64,000 nt of DNA. Source: the human T2T-CHM13v2.0 reference genome, Homo sapiens. The DNA lies in NCBI RefSeq assembly GCF_009914755.1, contig NC_060926.1; one strand, 5' to 3'. A program made the translations under genes and the position numbers. Numbering within the stretch: the first letter of the stretch is position 1; each line of letters starts with the position of its first letter. A model generated the notes under the pieces. The model saw only the letters and a program-made list of their open reading frames with translations. It was not told the DNA's origin and searched no databases. This document shows, piece after piece, positions 30,301 through 45,008 of this stretch.

Positions 30301-31682
30301 AAGAACACTTTCTCAAAACAAACAGACAGACAAACAAACCAGAATTTGCCCCTAAACCATGCAGAATGATTGGTTTACCTAGATTATGAATTGATAGGAT
30401 GAGCTATATTATTACAACAATTTAGAAATTAACCCACTTTTGATCTGATTCTTTACATTCCCATTGCCCTGGCATCCTCTTCCATAACAGCTTTATTTGG
30501 GAAAATTATAGTGAAAATGGAGGCTTTTCTGTGAAATAAACGAGCAGTGAAAAAGAGAGATCATAAAGACGTTGTCTGAGAAGTCAACATTTTAAACATT
30601 TCTTTACAATCTTCCATTCTTATGCCAGATTACATGAACTGCCGAACTTCACACACATTTGAGGAATTTAACATAGAATAAGAAAACGGAAGCTACTGAA
30701 ACCATCAAGATGTATTAACCTTCCTTTTCAGGTCTTTGATTTGAAATGTCCTTATTGAGATAGGACAGAATAAAATTACCCAGTGAATGAAGCGTTTTAG
30801 AATTTACAAGAAGATTTATTTTAATCGGCTTTTTATCCTCTGTTGAGATAAGATAATTTTCAGGATACATCATTATGGCACACTGATTTATAATCTACAG
30901 GTTAGAATATAACTGCAAGTTGTGTTTAATTCTCTTACTCACATTTTGTATTAAGCATATTCCTTTGTATACAGAGTTTTTCATAAACAGCTATTTAAAG
31001 CTATTTATATAATCAAAATAGTATTTATAGATATTTAGAAAATGATTAATCTTAGGATTGTGACAAAGCAGAAAACCTTATTATGTGGGTTTGCCACCAA
31101 CACCATCCCACCCCCCCCCAAAAAAATCCAGTTTTGGTTAAGTTCCCTGAATGAGCGTAGTGAAAATTAGTTTCTTTTGGAAGGATCATACTATTGAAAG
31201 ACTGATTTAAATTAGAAGGGCACATTGGGCTTGGCAGAGGGCATTGTGAAAAAGCAAAGCATAATTTTCCTCCAAACAAAGACAAGCTTGTTGGAGAGCA
31301 TGCTTTATTGCCTGGAAATTCTATATATATGCAAAGTTGTTCATCAGTTCACTGTTGGGTTTTGTGTGCTTGGTTTCTCCTTTTGTTTGGAAAAATCAAA
31401 TGCTGAGAAAAGTAAGCATAACTCTGCATGCTATAGGTACTGAGAAATCGACACATGCCAGTTCTCTTGGCATGCAGTGTTCCTGTGCGGTGAGCGGCTT
31501 AGGGAGGGATGGTCAGATTTGGGCTCCGTGTGGGTAAAATCAGCATATATGCTTCACCAGAAGCTGCCCAGAATTTCTGGAAAATGGCTTTCCTGCATCT
31601 TTTTCTGATCCCTCCCTCTGACAACCAGGAGAATACATGGGGCAAGTTAGGCCCACATCCTGAAGTCCACTCAGTGTTTTCT

Positions 31683-31830
31683 CTTTTTTTAACAGCTTCA
31701 TTGAAGTGTAATTCACATTGCATACAATTCACCCATTTATGTTGTATAATTCTGCAGCTTTTTCAGTATGTGTGCAGCCACCACAACCAGTTTTAGACCA
31801 TTTTTATTATTCCAAAAAGACACCCCACAT
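31683..31830 (-). mobile_element. L1M (L1MB-like) 3'-end fragment
   Basis: 'tttttaacagcttcattgaagtgtaattcaca...catacaattcacccattta' is a reverse L1MB-type terminus. Confidence 0.7.
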
Positions 31831-31908
31831 CCCAGTTAGTACTCTCCTGAGACTCAGATTTGGGTGAATTAATTCAGTGAAATGAAGGTGATCATTCTCT
31901 AGGATGCT

Positions 31909-32247
<339 letters not shown>

Positions 32248-32265
32248 TGAATGGGAGTTTTCATC

Positions 32266-32331
32266 TATTTTATTTTATTTTATTTTATTTTATTTTATTT
32301 TATTTTATTTTATTTTATTTTATTTATTTTA
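32266..32331. repeat. (TTTTA)n pentanucleotide repeat
   Basis: About 12-13 units are directly visible. Confidence 0.95.
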
Positions 32332-33885
32332 TAGAGCAAACATCAGCCAGAGAGTTCTTATCTTTGGAATTGCCTTTTTCACTTCATGTCTTAGCTTCAC
32401 GGCACAGCAACTACATTTAATACTCATCACATGTACTGTACTTTATAGTTTGTAAAGCACTTTCGCACAAGCTCCAGATGAGATGCCTGGCTGACAGTGG
32501 AACAAGGTTAGGGGTAAGAAGTTCCCTGGTGACTGGGCTGGCGGAGGAGAGACTGTGTAATTTCACAACATCACTGGGGTGGGTTGCAGGCTGCAGGCTG
32601 AGCACAGCTGTGTGGGGACTCCGGGGTGGCAATAGCAGGAGAGCCAGTGACCAAAGTGGATCCGAGTTAAAAAGAGGGATGTGGGACCAGGTGGATTTCT
32701 GTACAGGAGGTTGGGGGATTTAGAAGTCAAACATCCAGATGGAAGATCCTCAAAGCAGAAGCTAAAGCTCTGAAAGGGAGGTAGAGATCATGGTAGATAT
32801 CCACATGATATGATGTGCAGGCTGGAGGAAGGAGAGGCTGGAGTGGGAACAGAAGAGTTGAGAAGGTAGCTGTTGAATCCTGTTCCCTGTGAAAGAATCC
32901 CGCCTGCTCGCTGGATACCCCACCTCCCACTCAGCATTACCAGACCGTCTTCTCTTTACTCCAGTTGAGTAGCTCAGGTGCTTGCTTTTTTGCCCCCCAC
33001 CATTTTCTCTTAATACCTTTTCTCTGACCCACCTCACTCTGTGGACCCACTGGGACAAGCTCCTCTGGGCAACATCTTCCGTCATTGCAAATCCCTGACA
33101 CCCATGGGTGAGATGAACAGGCATTGGGCAGGTTGTCTAGCTCCTTGGGATGTGGGCTGGCTGGACCTGCTCACTTGCACCTGGAGGAGGGTATAGAGGA
33201 CAAACAAGAATGTCCTGGAGGGACAGGTGGGTAGGGAGGTTCAGGAGAGATTCCCCTGGGTCCTGGGTCCAAGTTCAGAGTCCCTCACCTGGTTGCCCTC
33301 CCTATGGGCCGCCACACATCTGTCCTGAAAGGTGTCACTTTCAGCTTCTGACACTGTCGTGGAAGGGAGGAGAGTCCTTTTTGTCCAGATTAGCTGTGTG
33401 CCACGTGTTTAGGTGAGAAAGTGGCTGGCAATGATGTCTCTCCCTGCAGAACTTCTAAGGAAGTTTTAAAAAGGCACTCCTCCACTCCCTCAGGTTTTCT
33501 TTCCTGCAGATTATCTTTGTTTTCCCCCAACTTAAATATACCTCACTGTATTCAATTATGTTGCTTAAAAGCTATGTATATATTGATGTGGGCAAAATGC
33601 AGTATTATTTTTAAAACACCAAGCATTTTATTTAAATCTGCAATAAAATCAAGAATATCTGTATGTTACAAATACTGAAAAACACACATTCATGTTTTAT
33701 ACTTTGGGTTTTCATAAGCATGGCACACCTGTATCATACTGTTTAGATTTTGTGTTGGCTGGTAAAAAGGTTGGTTGGTAGAAAGGTCGTTTTTCTTCTT
33801 CTAGTACTATAGAGATAATTTATAGGAAAGCCCAGTGTAGCTATTTTCTGATGAGAAAATTGGCATTTGAAGTTGGGTTTCTAGA

Positions 33886-33999
33886 TTGCAGCAGAAATCT
33901 GTTTTAGTGCATGACCAAAGATTAATCCGCATAGGAAAGTGTTTGCAGCAGAAATCTGTTTTAGTGTGTGATCAAAGATTAATCTGCATTGGAAAGTGA
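33886..33999. repeat. 57-bp tandem duplication (2 copies)
   Basis: Copies start at 33886 and 33943; 51/57 identical by manual comparison. Confidence 0.93.
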
Positions 34000-34796
34000 G
34001 ACTCTTGGCTTGTGTTAACATTAAAGGTTGGATATACGGTGTCCTTGGGCCTCAGGGAAGTCCGGTGTGGAGAATACAAGGAAGCCAGAATGTGCTTCCC
34101 AGAAAACCTAGTTACAGAAGCTGTAAGGCTGACCCCTGAGGACAGTGGCCAGTGATCCAAATGACAGTGCCACAGGAGGCCAGCAAATTCAGACTTGACT
34201 TATGATGGCATTGAGGCCAGGATGATCCATTTTTCTGCTGGGTGGCACCTGCAGAAGAGATTTAGCAACAGTGAAAGAACAAAAAATCGGACAGCTGATA
34301 GCATCAAGGCTCTGGGTCAGCTGTGAAGGGTGGGCTGCATTTCAGGCTAGAACTAGAGGTATGCAGGATAAGAGGTATCCTGTATGTAGGTATGGCAAGG
34401 AGAAGGCAGGCTGTGGATCGCATGTAGGGCCGAGCTCCATCCCAGCAAGGGAACAGACATGCTTATCAAGGAAAAAGGCCAAGCACGTGAGGTGGATTAG
34501 GGAACGCTGTGGCTTTGTTGCCCTGAGATGCAGCCCTTCCTTCCACCCTTGGACTCCTCCTCCCCTCATGCCAGATAACTGGACACATGGGCACCCAGGG
34601 ATAGCTCTAGACCTTCCCTGACAGTGGGGACAGAGTTCCCCACTCCGAAGAGGACTCACTCGAGAGGCAGAGGCAGAATGGAGGACAGCAGAGCCTGGAA
34701 TTGAGTTGAGGAAGACAGATGGACAGAATAAATGCAGTAAGAGCAACCATTTAAAGCTGCAACTCTGACTCCTTTCCATTTTTGGATAATTTTTAG

Positions 34797-35103
34797 GTTT
34801 TGGTTGCTGTTATTGTTGTTTAGAGACAAGCTCTTGCTCTGTCACCCAGTGTGGAGTGCAGTGGCGTGATCATAGCTTACCCTAACTTCCAACTCCTGGG
34901 TTCAAGGGATGCTCCCACCTCAGCTGCCCGAGTAGCTGGGACTACAGGCATGTGCTACCACACTTGGCTAATTTTTTAATTTTTTGTAGAGATGGGTCTT
35001 GCCATGTTGTCCAGGTGGGTCTCGAACTCCTGGCCTCAAACAATCCCCCTACCTCAGCCTCCTGAAGTGTTGAGATTACAGGCATGAGCCACTGTGCCTG
35101 GCC
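34797..35103 (-). mobile_element. AluJ
   Basis: Reverse Alu with degenerate tail; TSD AATTTTTAG at 34788-34796 and 35104-35112. Confidence 0.94.
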
Positions 35104-35400
35104 AATTTTTAGTTTTGATATAATTTTAAATATATCTAGCAAAGTTGCAGGAATAACACAAAGGACTTACCTAGAATTTTTCCCAAATTCTGCCAATTGT
35201 TTACATTTTGCCCCATTAGCACCAATCTCCCTTTCTCTCCTATATTTTTCTGATTGATTTAAGACATTGTACTCTTTTGCCCCCAAATACTTGAGCACAT
35301 GTTTCCTTAGAGCAAGGACATTTTCTTATATAACCATAAGACGGTTGTCAAAATCAGCAAAACTGGTTCCTTTTAACACTAATAATAATACTCAAACACC
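35104..35400 (-). mobile_element. L1MC/ME-type 3' fragment
   Basis: 'aaagttgcaggaataacacaaaggact...aattgtttacattttgcccca...agcaaggacattttcttatataacc'. Confidence 0.6.
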
Positions 35401-36319
35401 GTCCATAATGTTTTATGATTTCTGTTCTATTATTTTTAAACTGTCAACGACTAAAGTTTTCATTTAAAATGTAATTAAGGTTCTTTTTTTCTTCCCACAG
35501 TGTTGAAAGAGAAAACACATACATTATTTTTTTTTCAAATATATTACATGGGAGCTTTTGCCAAGTTTACAGAAATACAATTGAAAGTGGAGTTACAACA
35601 TAATGATACCAATTAGATAAAGTCATCAGAGAGATCAAAGGAATTTTCTGAGTGACATGCTTTATATCTGTTTACCTTGGAATTAAGTATTTACAGTGCT
35701 ATCTCATTTTTGAGAATAAAACCGAAATCATAAGTGGGCCACACATGGGTTTTTTAAAACTAAATTTTCACCAATGAGTATATTTTGGCACTAATTCCGA
35801 GAGCACAGACTGGGCACTCTATTCCTCTGTACTTCCTTTTAAAATACAAAATTGATTAGTATCCCTAGATTTTGATGAATTAAATTTAGGTTTTGTTTTT
35901 ATTGGTATCAAGTGATCATCATGCTTCCCCTGTCCCTTCTCTTAAAGCAAGAAGCTTATTCATAAAGAACATCACAGAGAGATTTGACCATGTACATCAT
36001 ATGATTTTAAATGGCTTCTTTCATCCTATCTCCAAATCACTAACATTATGTTTGTAGGTCTTCATGCATTAGGCTGATTTTTCTTTCAAGCATCTGTTTT
36101 TTGAATGAAAATGTGCCCTTTGGCAGAATCAATCTGAGAAACAATGATGAAGTAGAGGAAATGGGAACTAATATTTATTGTGTGCCTGTGTTGTGAGGAG
36201 CTTTACTTGAGTTATCTCATTCAGTCCTTCCATCAACCATGAGGGGTGCCATGGTAATTTTCTGCTTTATTATTGTGGAATCTGAACCTCAGAGTGGTTG
36301 AGAAATTCAATCAGTGATT

Positions 36320-36800
36320 CTTTCACTCAACAACTATTCCCTGAGAGCTTCTTCCCATGTCCCAGGCAAGTGTTCTAGGGTCTGGGTATGCACTGAGAGA
36401 AAATAGATGCCGTCCTGCCCTCCATTAGTCTGTGGTTAACAGAGGAGAAAAAGCATTGAGCCACTCCACACTCAGATGCGGGGCATAATGACACATTACC
36501 TGGGCATGCCAATGACAGAGACATGTTGCTGAGGGAGAGAATAACTGGGGGAGTCATGAGGACTGGGGGTTGGGGAAGGCCACGCTGAGGAGGTTATATT
36601 TAAGCTCAGGTGAGGAGAAATTGGCAAGGGCAAGTGGCAGAAGTACATTCCAGGCAGCAGGAGGCTTCAGGAGGAAAACTTCGTGTGTTGAAGGACCTGA
36701 AAGAGGGCAGAGTGGCTGGAAAGGAATGAATAGGGGAGGCGAGTGGGGGCTGAGGCTGGAGGGAAGGCAGAGGCCAGGTTGTGTAAGGGCTCACAAGTCT
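36320..36800 (-). mobile_element. L2 3' fragment
   Basis: 'ttcactcaacaactatt...ccaggcaagtgttctagg...cctgccctccatt...cattccaggcag' resembles the reverse L2 end. Confidence 0.65.
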
Positions 36801-36859
36801 TGTTAACAGCAGTGGAGATTTGTAGAGCTGGGATTGGAGCCCATGTCTGCCTGGATCTT

Positions 36860-37089
36860 CTTTATTTATTTATTTATTTATTTATTTGAGACAGGGTCTC
36901 ACTCTTGCCCAGGCTGGAGTGCAACGGCATGACCTCGGCTCACTGCAGCCTCGACCTCTTGAGCTCAAGTGATCCTCCCACCTCAGCCTCCTGAGTAGCT
37001 GGGACTACAGGCATGCCCCACTACAGTCAGTTAATTTTTGTATTTTTTGTAGAGACAGGCTTTCACCATGTTGGCCAGGCTGGTCTCGA
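36860..37089 (-). mobile_element. AluJ-type, 5'-truncated, (TTTA)n tail
   Basis: TSD TGCCTGGATCTT at 36848-36859 and 37090-37101. Confidence 0.94.
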
Positions 37090-37651
37090 TGCCTGGATCT
37101 TTAAGCTTATATCTTCCCAACTCTCTCAGCACTGCCGTCTCTCATGCCCCACCCCTTCAAACATGTGGCACCCTAATATTCTCTTCCACACTATTTTGCA
37201 GAATAGCTAAAGCACCACTTTCATTATTGACACCTCCTAGCCTTTATGCTGGGGAAATGTAGGGCCTAATCTGTTATTTGATGATATAAAGTATGGGCCT
37301 GGGTGAGACCCATAAGAACATACCCTGCAGAGAAAACAGAGTTGAGATTTTCTAGAGTGGAGAGATGACAGAAAGTAGGATCCACTCAAATGACTCAAGG
37401 GTTGCAAAATTCCACCATAAACAGAGACTTCCAAAACCACACAGAGCTGTATTACGGTGATTCCTACTACATATATGCAGTAAGTATATATTGGCTTAGA
37501 TTGACAAGGATGTTTTCAGGTTGTTCATGGGAACTTGGAGCAGCAATAATAGAAAAAATCATAATGGAGGGGAATGAAGAAAGTCACTGCAAACAACATG
37601 TGTGGGCAGAAAAGCTGGCGGAGTTTAGAAGGAATTGAAGTACAAAGTCTC

Positions 37652-38218
<567 letters not shown>

Positions 38219-39379
38219 TTAGTGACCAATGTGCATGGATATGGCAAAAGCTAAGAGACCCTATGGATACTGTATGCCCCCGGGGGTTACTGGGTAGGAT
38301 CAGACTTAAGACAGGTGAGTTATATATGAATGCTTCCTGAGAAAATTGGTCAGAAAATAAACTGAGAAATGCAAAGTGCCTCTGCCCCAATGGCTTCACA
38401 TGTTGAGGGACAAAGCCAGAAGGGATGCCTCTGCAGTGGGAAGCCCAGGTGTCTCTGAGCCGGCAGTCTTCCTGCCCCATAAATCTCCACTCAATCCCCT
38501 CTACCTGGCATGCCACCCTTGGAGCAGTGCACTGCAGGGCGAGAAAGCAAAAACAAGATGATGGTAGTTTGCTCAAAAGGGTCAACAGTCATGGGCTATT
38601 ACTTTCTGTGAAATGATCCTTTATTTTAGGTTTTTAAATGATCAGTGCATCCTAATTCTGTCTGACTAATATGTAGGCACTTTTTTGTAACTTCCATGTT
38701 TCCATGATTTCTATTACTGACATTATTGTTAATTTTATAAGAGCTGGGCTTCATGTGAGTTTTAATTCAGAATAATTATAGTAATATTCATCACCCCTTG
38801 AAGACTAATATGGTTGAATAAAATGTTGTCAGTCAACTGTTTCTCTGTGAACAAGGAGGCAATGGCTATGTTTTTCACTGTTCTTAGTCCCATTTATATG
38901 TTCACTGGACTGTAGTAGATTCAGACTTAGTGTGATGAGAGGTAAGGATTTACTATGCAGTAACATTGCTAGAGCAAATTGTTTTACGACTTTCAATTAA
39001 GTAGCATTGACCTACTGTGTGTGTCTTGCTCTCAACTTGAGCTTCTGTAAGAGAAGCTTATGGTTGATTAATTACTCAAATATACAAAGTGTGCACTAAC
39101 TAAAATTACACTCATACCAGTGAGCCCCTGAAATCTCTGAACCTTTTAGTCATATGAAAGGCACAAATGGGTTGAGTGTGCTTCAACAAGAAATCAGGGG
39201 CTTTAATATTATTAGCAATAAATAGTTGCAGATCATTTCACCTCTGCTTTTAGGAGTGAAGTGTCTTTAATTTTCTCTACCCGATACACCACTTCCCTCT
39301 CTCTTTCCTCCCTCTTTTCCCCATTTCCAGCCCCCTTGAGGTGCCACATCTAGGCCTGTCCTCCCCTTCAGCACCTAAT

Positions 39380-39950
39380 ACCTTCCTTGTTTTCCCATCA
39401 AAACCATCCTCCAAGCAGCAGGCAGGGCGATCTTTTAAAAACACCCATCTGTTCTTGTCACCTCTCTACTTAGAATGCTTCCTGTCACATGAGGATGATG
39501 GTTAAAATTCTTCCCGTGACCTGCAAGGCCTTCCCTGTCCTGGCCCCTGTGTGCTGAGGCCTCACTACCCTCCTGTCTTCCCCAATTCCCCTTGCCCTTA
39601 TTCTCCACCCTACTGGCCTTCTTTGTCCCTTAACACTCGACCTGCTCCCTTTCTCCTTTCTCGCTTCCCCTATCCCCCAAGCCTCCTCAGCCTCAGATTC
39701 AATATCATTTCTCTGACTCCCAAATCTGAATTTGCCCTCTCCTCCCCACCCGAACAGGTTTTCAATGCACCCTATACTTTTTTTCCTTTCCGGCATCTAG
39801 CGTCATTGTGCGAATCCAGGTATTTGTACTGTCATGTGTTGGTAGCTGTCCTCACTAGCCTGCAAGGCCTGGGAGGGGTCCACCATAACTCCTCTGTCAC
39901 CCCCCAGCAGGCATGCAGTCAATATTTGTTGACTGACTAAATGAGTGTGG
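39380..39950 (+). mobile_element. L2 3' fragment
   Basis: 'ctccaagcagcaggcagggcgatcttttaaaa...gcagtcaatatttgttgactgactaaatgag'. Confidence 0.7.
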
Positions 39951-42409
39951 ATTTATTCTGCTGTTGCTGCAGGATTAATCTGACTGCCTTCTATGACTGA
40001 GACTTGGCTAAACTATTATTCTTCATAGGTAATAATTCTGCTTTCACTTGAGAGTACTTGAGGCTCCCTACACGTATGGGTCAGAATCTTGAACTGTCAC
40101 AGGCCAGGAGGAGAGAGCATCTCTAACAGGGGGCTTTGTCCACAACTTTATCTGCTCGCTTGTAGTGTCATCCCAGTTGGGCTTTAGTCAGGGGCTCTTA
40201 TGTGATTCAGGTTTGGAAAGCATCTTCTACTAGAGCTAAAGTTGTGATTCTTGCACTCCAGACCACTGCTCTCAGCAGGTTGGCCATGAATTAAAAATGG
40301 TCATAAATTGACAAGCAGAATTTTGCTTCCACGTAGAAATGTCTATAAAAGGGCCAAAGGATGTAATTAGGTATCACTGAAAGGGCTTCGAACTTATTTG
40401 TGCCCCATTATGCGGATGCTCTAGGAATCCAGGAACAAGGAAACAGAATAACTTGCCTTAAGAGGTCAACTCAGTCCAGCCAGTGATCTATTGTGGGAAA
40501 GGCAGTGCATGTGGCTTTAAACAGGTAAACAGAAAGCTTCTGCTTGCAGCCTTCCATTTATAACTGCTTTGCTTTTTGCCTTCTTATCTACCATGCATGG
40601 GTTTAAGAATTCTGTAGTACTCTGGGATTTTGGAGCCATGTGTTGTGTCCATTTTCATATCATCTAGAGGTTGTGAAAGAACTCTGGGCAAGAAACAGAA
40701 AAAAAGGGTCTAAACATTATGTCACTCTTCTAAGCTATTCTACTGTCTAATCATGAGGCTTTCAGAGAAAGTACAGATGACCTGTTCTTTGTCATGACAG
40801 TTTATGATCTCAGCTTTAGTATATTGGGAGAACCTAGTGGAACATAATGAATGGGACCTTATGATGAGACACATCCCCACATCCCCAGAACAGTCCTGTG
40901 TTATTCTTCCCCAATCCTGGACGCTGCCTCTCCTTATTCTGTCCCTATTCTGAGCACACCCCCACCCCAGGTGTTTGCAGCAATGCCTGTCAATTATCCC
41001 TGTGGCTTCCTGTTTTTAATGCTTTTCTGGTGCTGATTATCCCAGCCAAGGGGTTTCAGACATATCCCCAGGGAGCTTCTGATGCTTTCGCTACAGCCTG
41101 ATGATAGCCCAGGAGGAGGGGGAAAGCAAGGGGACAGTTGTGGGAAGGGGAGTGCCCAAAGCTCAGGCAGCATCTGGGTGGGAATGTGGTAGCCGCTGGG
41201 TGCCAGCAGTTGCATGCCACTCTGGCCTGCCTGGTGGAGGCTCCTCCTTGGCAGTGGACAGCAGCTTGGAGAACACCCAGAAAAGGCCTCACAGAGTGCC
41301 AGGAAGGCCCTGACCTCCACAGTAGGGAGTCCTGCCTGCCAGGACCCTGTCTTCACTTGTCAGATGGCTCAGCTCAGTTCAAGCTGCCAGCCTTCCTTTC
41401 TTCTCTGCATCTTGCTTTGTAAACTGAGTCTCAGAAAGTGACATGCCTCTATAATGTCTCCTCCTTCAGGAGATGCCACCCAACTTTTGTATGCCAGCTC
41501 CTGGGCTACCTCTAGGCCATATGGAGACTTCGTGCACATTATAAAAAGGGGCTCCCTGCCCCAGGCAGGAGCAGCCCCAGGCCAGGGCTCAAGGCTTGTT
41601 CAGCAGAGCTGGGTTTATCCCCACCACCCCTTCCCCAGTCTGGTGGTTGCTCTGCCAGCCTTCCAGCCAGAATTCCTCAGTGCTCTTGATGGAGACAATT
41701 GATTGGCTGTGAGGTAGACCAGGTTTCAACCTTTCTAAGACTGTCATCTTTTGTTTCATATTAGAAAATATTAGTATAGTCTGTATACTAATATTGTATT
41801 TGTCAGTATAATAATACATTTGCAACTCAATCTGGGGACAGGCATCTGGCCTCACTGGCCTGAGGACTTCTGTCCCTTCCCATCCCTTCTTTCTGCCTTC
41901 CCTCTTCCCTCTATTCTGAGCCACAGGCACTTACTTTGCTCTAAAAACTGGCCAATTGTAATTGACAGGTTAATTTTTTTAAAGGAGTCTCTTAGTAACA
42001 AACAGCTCAGAGGGCAGAAAGGCTTTGCTTGTGTTTGTTAGGTTATTTCTGGGCTTTCTCTCTTGTGCTCTTCGTTTCTCCATCACTTTGGAACTTGTTG
42101 CTTTCTTGTTGAACTATTTTACCATGTGGGTGAAAAACAGGTGGTACATTATAAAATTATTTAAGAAAGTCTATTATTTAAATTCTTATTTTCCCACAGG
42201 TCCATTTAGCAGATGATCAGTAGGTGTGTTGTGGGTCATTGTATGCATATCAACAGCCTCAGTGATGTGAAGCTGTAATGCAGAAAATATTCTTTCTCAA
42301 AGCTGGAGACTATCTGGTTGGAAAATATCATCAAATATACTGGGGTTCACTTAATCCTTGGTTTATTGTTACAACTACCATTATTATTATTATTACTACT
42401 ACTATCCAG

Positions 42410-42620
42410 AACCATTTACTAAGTGCCTGATATGTGCAGGGAACTGTTATAGATTTTATTTCTCATCCTCACAATGGTCCTGAAAGATGGTGCTGTTATC
42501 CCAGTTTCCTTACCCAAGAGACTGAGGTAAGTAACTGACCCACGTTCACACAAGTAGCATGTAGTGGAATCGGAATTAAGACCCCAGTCTTGTGTGATTT
42601 AAATGTCTGCACACTTTCCG
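42410..42620 (-). mobile_element. MIR preceded by (TAT/TAC)n
   Basis: 'catttactaagtgcctgatatgtgc...tcctcacaat...gagactgaggtaagtaactgaccc'. Confidence 0.75.
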
Positions 42621-45008
42621 TAACATCAGAGGTTCTTGGCTTTTTCCACTGAAGCTCCCAAATGCAGAGGAAATCAATACATAATGCCTGGGGTCTATAC
42701 CCTTTGTAGCTAGAAGTAGCCAGCAGCCAGATCAGAATTTCTTTGAAGTCTCATGCTTTAATCTTTAAAATTTATGCAAATTTAGCTTTCTACTCCATAA
42801 TATAAAAGTATAAAAATTATCCTTTAAACTACTTGACATAGAATAAAATTTGAGCTCCAGGAAGAGCTCCTGTTTATTCTTCTCACATCCCTTTCTGCTC
42901 TGCTGGGTCCCACACTGGGTGTCTGCACACCTCGGTTGTGAAGGTCAGCACTGCACTGTGATGCATCTCAGTTAAATTCTTACTACCAGTTTTTGTTGAC
43001 AAACCTTTCCGTTAAGGTGAAAACTGTCACTTGGCCAAACCACAACCATAGAAGTCATCTTAACAGAGGGTAGAGTCCCTAACACTTCGTAGACAAATCC
43101 TAAATTGGTCTTTGTTGATGCTTCATGTAGATCTTTGAGTGACATCTTGTCTGGCTGGAAGTTTAGAGATGATCTAATCTTGTGGTTTGTAAACTCTTAT
43201 TTTTTAGGATCCAAAGTCATTTTTCAAATGAAACTATTCTTGGAACTTTAATTTATGAAACAAAAAATAAAGACACTCTAGTGATCATTGGGGCTGAAGG
43301 CCATGCTTGTGTGGTGTGCCCTCGGCTGAGGGTACTCCAGGGAGTACAGATTCTACAGAATGGATCTAATTCAAAGCACTCATTTTACTGATGGGGAGAC
43401 TGAAGCCAGAGAGCTTGAGGGACTTGTCTGCAATGACCCAACTGATTAGCAGTAAGGAGCCAAGCCGGCCAAGTGCTTCTAAGACCCTTGAAAGTCCTTG
43501 AGGTTTTCTTGTCATTTGAAGAATTGATTTCCTAACTGCCTTTAGAGGTCCTGGAGGGGTCCTGGAGGGTTTGGACAGGGAGTGTGCATGAGTCCTCCTG
43601 ATAGGGGCCTCCCACGTGTATTAGCACCATGGCAGGGTGGCCTCAGTGTCAGGAGTGAGACTGGTGCCCTGGGCCTCAGAGACAGAACTCAATCCAGACT
43701 GGTGACCTGCTGCACAAGCCACCCACCTCTCGGAAGGGCCTTGTAGAAGCTTCTCTGGACATGAGCAGGATGCTCTGTAACAAAAGCCTGAGCCCTCCCA
43801 AGTGTTGCTTGAGGCATGCATCCTCAAGGCCACCACGCAAGAGTTTTGGAGTAACACTAGAGCTCACCATTCCCTTCTCCACCTCAAAGCACTGATTCAG
43901 TGTTCTACTCTGTTCTTCACCTGACTATTGATTTATCTCTGCTAACTCTCTATCATTGTAGGACTTGAGCCAAAGACATAGCTCTTTCCCAAGTGCATAT
44001 AGCAATTTGAAAAACGACTGAGTGAGGTCATTGATGTTGTTAAGGTGTTAGAGTGTGTTGGGATCCAGGGAAAGGGTTTACAGGGGGAAGTGCACCAGGG
44101 CCCCAGAGAGGACATTGTCCAAGAGCTCAGCCAGGCCACCACACACCTCCACAGCCGGAGTGTGGAGGGCATGTGGGGGCCACATAAAGACCTGCTGAGT
44201 CACCTCGGAACCACTGCTGACCCCAGGTTTAAGCTGACTTGTGCTGACTTATATGTGCGGGCCTTATTGAGCACAGGCTTGGCAATCCCCTTAAGTTTCA
44301 TTTTGATTTTCAGAGAACTTGAAGTGACTATTAAACTTCTATAAAGATATGAACTGCTTCACAACCTAGCATTACTGATATGGTCATCTCTCTTTTATTT
44401 TTTTCAATTCATCAGCTAAACACCAATAAGGCCTACTAGAAGACTGCCCAGTGTCTAACTCCCCAAATCCCTCTACCTCAGGAGGATTTTACAGCGGAAG
44501 GGAATTACCCCACCGCTGCATGGGATAATCAAAGAGAGAGGACTGTCTGCTCATGCCACTGTGGGCATGACCCTTGCTGCCAGGTGCCATGCGTGCTCTG
44601 TGATTTGGCTGCAGACCAGCCCCATCAGTCCAGCCCCTTGCCAGACAGACACATTGGGTGATTCCATGGCCTCAGTGTTTGCTCAGCAAAGAGCGCTTCA
44701 GGCTTGGGCTCCCAAAATTGTACCATTGGCTCTCATCTATTTTAGGCCACATAGACATGGTGCCATCTGGTTTAGCAGTTGTCACCTTGAAAACCTAGAA
44801 TCCTTATGCCCCAATCCTCTCCAATAACCTCTAGACAGTTTCTCCATTGCACCCCATGAACACAAATAGTGTCTGCACACCACTTTGAGGGCTATAAACT
44901 CTACAGCTTCCCTGTTGAATGTGGCTCATTAACTTCCAAGGTGATCTTCCAGCCCTGCTTATTCATTGTAGAAGCCAGATCTTCCAATTGCATATATTTA
45001 GTCTCTAC

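Noticed and set aside
33886-33999. CRISPR-like repeat array
   Set aside because: Only two abutting copies, no spacers, in eukaryotic DNA with no cas genes.
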